A DNA stretch of 32,000 bases from Prochlorococcus marinus subsp. pastoris str. CCMP1986 (lineage in GTDB: Bacteria > Cyanobacteriota > Cyanobacteriia > PCC-6307 > Cyanobiaceae). The notes beneath the pieces were generated by a model, which was not told where the DNA came from, searched no databases, and saw only the letters and a list, made by a program, of their open reading frames with translations. How positions within the stretch are numbered: the stretch's first letter is position 1; each line of letters opens with the position of its first letter. The stretch spans positions 1,020,001 through 1,052,000 of the forward strand of contig NC_005072.1 in the NCBI RefSeq assembly GCF_000011465.1, read 5' to 3'. Shown here one piece after another: positions 26,989-32,000 of this stretch. The position numbers and the translations under genes are program-made.

Positions 26989-28677
26989 TTAATTAAGAAA
27001 ATAAATATCCAGAAAATTCTTTGCTCTTGTAATTGCGGTATATAGTAATCTCTTTTCATAACTATCTCTAAAGAAAATTAATTTGCTTTCTTTCAGATCT
27101 TCCTTATAATTGTTAATTTGAGATTTTTGGGTCCACAAAATACTTACTTTTTCAGATTCGCTTCCTTGAGATTTATGAATAGTGATAGCAATTGCTGGCA
27201 CGACGTTATCAAGAGTTGATGGTTCAATAAAGTCAACTACAAGATCGTTATTATCATTAAATTTCCTAAATAGAAATTTCCGGTTTTCATTTTTTCCTAT
27301 TAAGACTCCAATATCTCCATTTGAAATTCCGAGTTCGTTATTATTTTCAGTACACATTATGGGGATCCCTTCTTCAAGGCTAGTAAAGTCATAAGGTTTT
27401 CTCTGGCCTAAAACGATATCATTTATATTCTCAACGCTCCATGTCCCAGTATTCTTCTCACAAAGGATAAGGTGACTTTGTAAATCTGTAAAAATATTAT
27501 TTATTAAGTCTTTTTCATGGCTCATTAAATCTCTAAATGTTTTTTGAAAGATATATTCTTTTTTACTTAAGTTTGATGTTGAAATTCGTAATTTATTAAT
27601 GTAATCTTTAATTTCATTTAATAATCCTAGAGGAATATTCTTATTAATGCTTTTTAAGATATTAACTTCTTTTGATTTTTTATCATTTTCTAATTCTTTT
27701 ATCTTTTTCTTAAATAAGGAATCTGTAGGATTAAAAATAAGATTACTAAGTAATTCAATATCCCCACTATTTCTATAAGTTTTATTGAGATTTACTATAC
27801 AAGATTTGATTACCTCATTATTAGAATATTCGAATAAATAATTCCATATAGAGGAATTTTTTACTGGAGGTAATTGATTTTTATCACCAACTAGGATTAT
27901 TTTACAATCTTTAGCTAATAAATCTAAAATCAATTCAATAATATCAATATTTACCATTGACATTTCATCAATAATAAAAATATCTAATTCCTTTAATTTA
28001 AATTTTAATTTAATAGCTTTATGTTCAGAATAAAAAATCCATTTATGTAAAGTTTGACATTCTATTTGATCAAGACTTTTACTAAAAATTATATCTTTTT
28101 GTTCATTAAGAGATTCTTTTAGTCTAGAGGTGGCTTTTCCAGTAGGTGCTGCGAGTCCTATATTTAAAAAACGGTCACTTTTTAAAGAATTTAATATAAA
28201 GTTTATAATTAAAGTTGTTTTGCCTGTTCCTGGTCCTCCTTGCAGAAATACTAAATTTGAACTTTTAAAAATATTTTTAATTTGATGAAGTTTATTATCA
28301 TCATTTATTTTTATGGGGATTTTATCTATTTTCTTTAAGAAAATATTTATAACTCTATTTATCTTTCCAGACCATTTTGCTAATGATAATTTCCTATCAC
28401 TAAATATAAATGGGGAATTAAAGGAGTTTAACAATCCTAAATCTTTGAGAACTTTTAAATGTTCATTAGGCCATCCATCTTTTAATAAATCAAATAATAT
28501 TAACCTTTTATCAACTTCTACAATAGTTTCACCATTTTTCTCAAATTCTAATAATATTTTTAAAGTATCTTTTACGAAATCTCCATCTTTTATTTCATTA
28601 AATCCAAAAATATCCTGGAGGAGATTAAATATATGATTATATTGAAATGCTTCTATATCCAAATTAGTATGATTCAT
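26989..28677 (-). CDS. recD: Exodeoxyribonuclease V alpha subunit RecD
   Basis: 562 aa. SF1 helicase motifs: Walker A GGPGTGKTT, APTGKA, motif II IIDEMSMV, LVGDKNQLPPV, ITIHKSQGSE and YTAITRAK. The ATG lies 1 nt after the recB stop. Confidence 0.87.
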   Translation of the reverse strand: MNHTNLDIEAFQYNHIFNLLQDIFGFNEIKDGDFVKDTLKILLEFEKNGETIVEVDKRLILFDLLKDGWPNEHLKVLKDLGLLNSFNSPFIFSDRKLSLAKWSGKINRVINIFLKKIDKIPIKINDDNKLHQIKNIFKSSNLVFLQGGPGTGKTTLIINFILNSLKSDRFLNIGLAAPTGKATSRLKESLNEQKDIIFSKSLDQIECQTLHKWIFYSEHKAIKLKFKLKELDIFIIDEMSMVNIDIIELILDLLAKDCKIILVGDKNQLPPVKNSSIWNYLFEYSNNEVIKSCIVNLNKTYRNSGDIELLSNLIFNPTDSLFKKKIKELENDKKSKEVNILKSINKNIPLGLLNEIKDYINKLRISTSNLSKKEYIFQKTFRDLMSHEKDLINNIFTDLQSHLILCEKNTGTWSVENINDIVLGQRKPYDFTSLEEGIPIMCTENNNELGISNGDIGVLIGKNENRKFLFRKFNDNNDLVVDFIEPSTLDNVVPAIAITIHKSQGSESEKVSILWTQKSQINNYKEDLKESKLIFFRDSYEKRLLYTAITRAKNFLDIYFLN

Positions 28678-28678
28678 T

Positions 28679-31600
28679 CTAAAAAAGTTTATCTAAATAA
28701 TTAATTCTATTTATAGGAGCCTGGCCAATAAAAACTCCTGGAGAAATATCTTTCTCAACAGATTTTTCAAACAACTTTTTGTCAGGCAATCCCTTTAAAA
28801 ATAAATATACATATCCTCCAAGATGAAGATTAGGTTGATAATTTTTTAATCTCCACTTTAATAATCTATGTAATGCCAATAGATAAAGATGAGATTGCAA
28901 TGGATAATGATGTTTAATCATTTCTTCTTTCATATTTTCATAGTTATAGTTTCCAGGTAAACAATCACTATTTTCGCTTCCAGAAATAAAATTACTTTTC
29001 CAATCGATTACCCACCATTTACTATCCTCTAACTTATTACCAATAGGGACTACACAGTCAATACAACCTGAGTGAAAACCTTTATTTAGAATTTGTAGAT
29101 CATTAATTTTGTTTGAGTAGCTTTTACCAAATTCAAATTCTTGATCCAATAGAAAGCATTTGGAAATATCATATGAATTAATATTTTTTCCATTATAAGA
29201 AAGTGTTAAATTGTACTTAACCTCTTTTAGAATATTATTTGAAGGGATATCAATTAATTTTTTATTTAATAATTTCCTTCCAAGCGAGACGTTAATGATT
29301 CGCAATATACCTTCTCTTACATTTAATGCTAAAGAAGAATCAATTTGAAAGAAATTTAGTTCTTCATTAATTAAATCAAGTAATTTATCGGTGTTATCAT
29401 TTTGAAAATCAAATCTCTCTATTATTTTATGCAAACATGTACCAGCAATAGTACCTTTAGGAAAATCACTTAAGGGATTGGAGAGAGTTAAGTATTTGGG
29501 ACAATTTTTTGATTTTTCTAAATTAGTATCTTGGGAATTATTAAGAATTGAGATATTATCCTCATAATCCTTGTATTGATTGGAAGCATAGTCTGTTTTT
29601 TTTTCTTTACTAATCCATGAGGAATAACTTGAGAAAGAAATAACTTCTTCAGAAGGAATAGGTTTTTTTGTATTAACTTTATTTATTTTCCAAAGATTAT
29701 TCTTCAAACCAATAAAATTAAACTTATTAGAAATTTCTCTAATATTTATTGCCGCTATTTTATGTTCAATTTTAGATTTATGAAAATTAATATTTTCTAG
29801 GTTAGGTAACAAATCATTATTAATAATATTATTTGTATTATTAATATCATTAAAGATAATGAGCTTATATTTACTCCTGGTAAGAGCCACATAAATCAAT
29901 CTTTCACTTTCATTAAATAAATCTCTTTCTTCTATTAATTTAAAATCTTCTACCTTACTGTAATTATTAGAAATATTGATATAGATAGACCTATCCAAAT
30001 TTGATTTCCAGATTGGACCTTTGGTTTTATTTGATTTATTGGAAATAGTAGATAAGTAGGGACATAAAACTATTTCATATTCAAGTCCCTTACTATTATG
30101 AATTGTCGAAAGATTAATTCCATTTTGAAGATTATAATCTTTCGTAAAATAATCCTCTCCAGTACAACTCCTTAAAGAATTATCTAATTGGTTTAGATAC
30201 CACTTAAATACTTTATTTAGATTAAAGTCATTATTCATTAATTCTATTTCAATTATTTCTGACAATTGAAATAAATTCGAGTATAAATCTGCATCAAATA
30301 TAATTGAGGATGACTTGTAATTAATAATGAGTTCATTAACAAGGGTTAAAAATCCTTTCTCTTTTAATTCCAAAGACCATGAAATACATTGATTAGTTAA
30401 AATTTCAATTTTTTTACTAATTTGATGATCAATTAATTCTGCCATATCCATTTCTATAAATTTAGAAGTAGCCAACAAACTTATATTCCTATAACGCCTT
30501 GGATATAATATAGATTCAATAAATAAGACTAATAGAGTACTGGCTTCAGTATCAAAGATATTTTTTTTATTTTTAATCTGGCACGGTATATTTAACTTTA
30601 TTAATTTATTTTTTAATTCTAAACATTGGGAATTATACAAGGTAAGAATTGAAATTTTATTAATATCAATTTCATTATTATTTAAAAGAAAACTAACTAT
30701 ATATTTAGTGACAAGATCTTCAATATCAACTTCTTTGCTTGAAAATTCTACAATTTCAAATACATTCTTAAAATCAAATTTATGATTAAAACTTTTATTA
30801 AGTTTAGAGTTTAAATTATTATATTCAAGTTTTGACTCTCTAAGACCATTTTTATATAGATTATTAATAACATCAAGTAATTTATTTGAAGATCTAAAGT
30901 TATTTGTAAGACTAAAAACTTCAATCGCATCAGATTTAGCCTCTAAATAAGTTTCAATATCTCCACCTCTAAATTTATAAATAGCCTGCTTTGGATCTCC
31001 AACGCAAAGTAAAAAGTGATTATTTGTATAAAAGAATTTTTTTATTATGCTCCACTGAATATTATCTGTATCTTGAAACTCATCCACTAGAACACATTTA
31101 AATCTATTTTGAATTTCTGAAAGACTTTTATCATTGGTAAGATCTGATCCTAGATATTTTTTCTCAACAGTCTTTATAAGATCATTAAAATTAAAAATAG
31201 ATAAACTTCTTTTTAAGGTAATTAGTTTTATATTAGCTAATTGAATAAATATTCTTACAAATTCAGTATAAAAACCTTCTTTAATTTTATAAATTTTATC
31301 TTGAAGTAATTTAAAACTACTAAAATCTAGACTAAGATCAAATTTATTAATTTCTTTATTGATATTTTTATTATAAAAATATTTAAATAAAAGATCTTCA
31401 TTTAAAATCTCATATAAAAGTTGACTTATATCTTCTGAATTAAGTCTTTTATTAATATCTTCTATCCATTCAGTTATTTGATTAAACTTATTGTTTCTTG
31501 GCTTGGACGAATATACCTGACTTTTGCATCCAATTTCCTTTATTAATTTCCCTAATGAAATAAGTTTAAGGTATAATTCCTCCCCATTATTATTCCATTC

Positions 31601-32000
31601 AACACAAAACGCTTTCCAATTTATATGTAAAAATTCTTTTAAATAAATTGATATATCAATATTCTTATATTTATTTATTATCTCAAATTTGCAAATATTT
31701 TCTTGATCAATATTTTTTAAAATTTCAACAAAAAATGATTTATTAATTTTACTTCCATATATAGAACTTATTTTTTTTTGATTAACTGCAGAAATTATTT
31801 CTGGATCAAGATTTTGAAATTGCTCAATCCATAAATCATCGATTATATCTTGGTATAAATTATCTATATTATTTTCAATAAATGGATCTTGTGCTGAGCC
31901 TATATCTATACTAAATTCCTCTAAAATATTATTGCAAAAAGCATGGAACGTAGTTACTTTTAGTTTATAAATAGTATTAATAAAATTATCAATATCGAAT
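28679..32000 (-). CDS. recB: Exodeoxyribonuclease V beta subunit RecB, 5-prime partial (N-terminus lies beyond the window end)
   Basis: I read this frame by hand from 31088 to 32000 and found no stop. It encodes TFHAFC (motif Ia-like) near 31940. It continues through LVDEFQDT (motif II, where the ORF-track M is really a GTG Val), GDPKQAIYKFRGGD, TIHNSKGLEY and YVALTRSK. The C-terminal PD-(D/E)xK nuclease is present (GCIDCVV...WWVIDWKSN...YPLQSHLYLLALHRLL). Confidence 0.88.
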   Translation of the reverse strand, partial: FDIDNFINTIYKLKVTTFHAFCNNILEEFSIDIGSAQDPFIENNIDNLYQDIIDDLWIEQFQNLDPEIISAVNQKKISSIYGSKINKSFFVEILKNIDQENICKFEIINKYKNIDISIYLKEFLHINWKAFCVEWNNNGEELYLKLISLGKLIKEIGCKSQVYSSKPRNNKFNQITEWIEDINKRLNSEDISQLLYEILNEDLLFKYFYNKNINKEINKFDLSLDFSSFKLLQDKIYKIKEGFYTEFVRIFIQLANIKLITLKRSLSIFNFNDLIKTVEKKYLGSDLTNDKSLSEIQNRFKCVLVDEFQDTDNIQWSIIKKFFYTNNHFLLCVGDPKQAIYKFRGGDIETYLEAKSDAIEVFSLTNNFRSSNKLLDVINNLYKNGLRESKLEYNNLNSKLNKSFNHKFDFKNVFEIVEFSSKEVDIEDLVTKYIVSFLLNNNEIDINKISILTLYNSQCLELKNKLIKLNIPCQIKNKKNIFDTEASTLLVLFIESILYPRRYRNISLLATSKFIEMDMAELIDHQISKKIEILTNQCISWSLELKEKGFLTLVNELIINYKSSSIIFDADLYSNLFQLSEIIEIELMNNDFNLNKVFKWYLNQLDNSLRSCTGEDYFTKDYNLQNGINLSTIHNSKGLEYEIVLCPYLSTISNKSNKTKGPIWKSNLDRSIYINISNNYSKVEDFKLIEERDLFNESERLIYVALTRSKYKLIIFNDINNTNNIINNDLLPNLENINFHKSKIEHKIAAINIREISNKFNFIGLKNNLWKINKVNTKKPIPSEEVISFSSYSSWISKEKKTDYASNQYKDYEDNISILNNSQDTNLEKSKNCPKYLTLSNPLSDFPKGTIAGTCLHKIIERFDFQNDNTDKLLDLINEELNFFQIDSSLALNVREGILRIINVSLGRKLLNKKLIDIPSNNILKEVKYNLTLSYNGKNINSYDISKCFLLDQEFEFGKSYSNKINDLQILNKGFHSGCIDCVVPIGNKLEDSKWWVIDWKSNFISGSENSDCLPGNYNYENMKEEMIKHHYPLQSHLYLLALHRLLKWRLKNYQPNLHLGGYVYLFLKGLPDKKLFEKSVEKDISPGVFIGQAPINRINYLDKLF

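Noticed and set aside
31085-31087. The ORF-track start codon of the 802-aa protein (MDEFQDT...).
   Set aside because: It is a GTG encoding the Val of the conserved helicase motif II (VDEFQDT). The frame stays open upstream to the window edge, so it is not a real start and not evidence of a truncated recB.
25073-32000. A cluster of helicase and nuclease genes (DEAD-box, recD, recB), considered as a possible defence island.
   Set aside because: The motifs match canonical housekeeping RecB (with its PD-(D/E)xK nuclease), RecD and a DeaD/CsdA-type RNA helicase. There are no accompanying methylases, unknown ATPases, toxins, mobile-element genes or composition change.

Overview
The window is a strongly AT-rich, tightly packed chromosomal segment. 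By gene content and synteny it looks like core genome of a marine picocyanobacterium, most likely a high-light-type Prochlorococcus. The supporting genes are sasA with a KaiB-like N-terminus, a lipoprotein-type PsbP/CyanoP, a lysA-cdaA-uppS string and clpC. I support 27 protein-coding genes and one tRNA-Glu(UUC).

Most products are housekeeping: sasA, prs, malQ, an ABC1/UbiB kinase, a PLP decarboxylase, cdsA, clpC, rimI, lysA, cdaA, uppS, bioB, trhO, lipA, recR, psbP, an ABC exporter, a DEAD-box helicase, recD and recB.

recB runs off the right edge of the window. The ORF-track start at 31087 is an internal GVG-to-GTG artefact: it is an internal GTG inside helicase motif II, not the true start.

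I saw no rRNA, CRISPR array, transposase, integrase, prophage remnant or obvious composition shift. I do not see a convincing novel multi-gene system, and the window reads as ordinary core genome.

The items most worth a second look are:
- a divergent CpcS/CpeS-like lyase-fold gene next to sasA;
- five small or uncharacterised ORFs of 146, 162, 166-170, 92 and 180 aa;
- a tight helicase / small Cys-containing secreted protein / ABC exporter tandem;
- a clpC / GldA-like / hydrolase tandem;
- two perfect AT palindromes in promoter regions;
- a hairpin over the expected ribosome-binding region of the helicase mRNA;
- two unusually long gene-free spacers.

All functional calls come from motif recognition by eye. 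No searches or computations were run.
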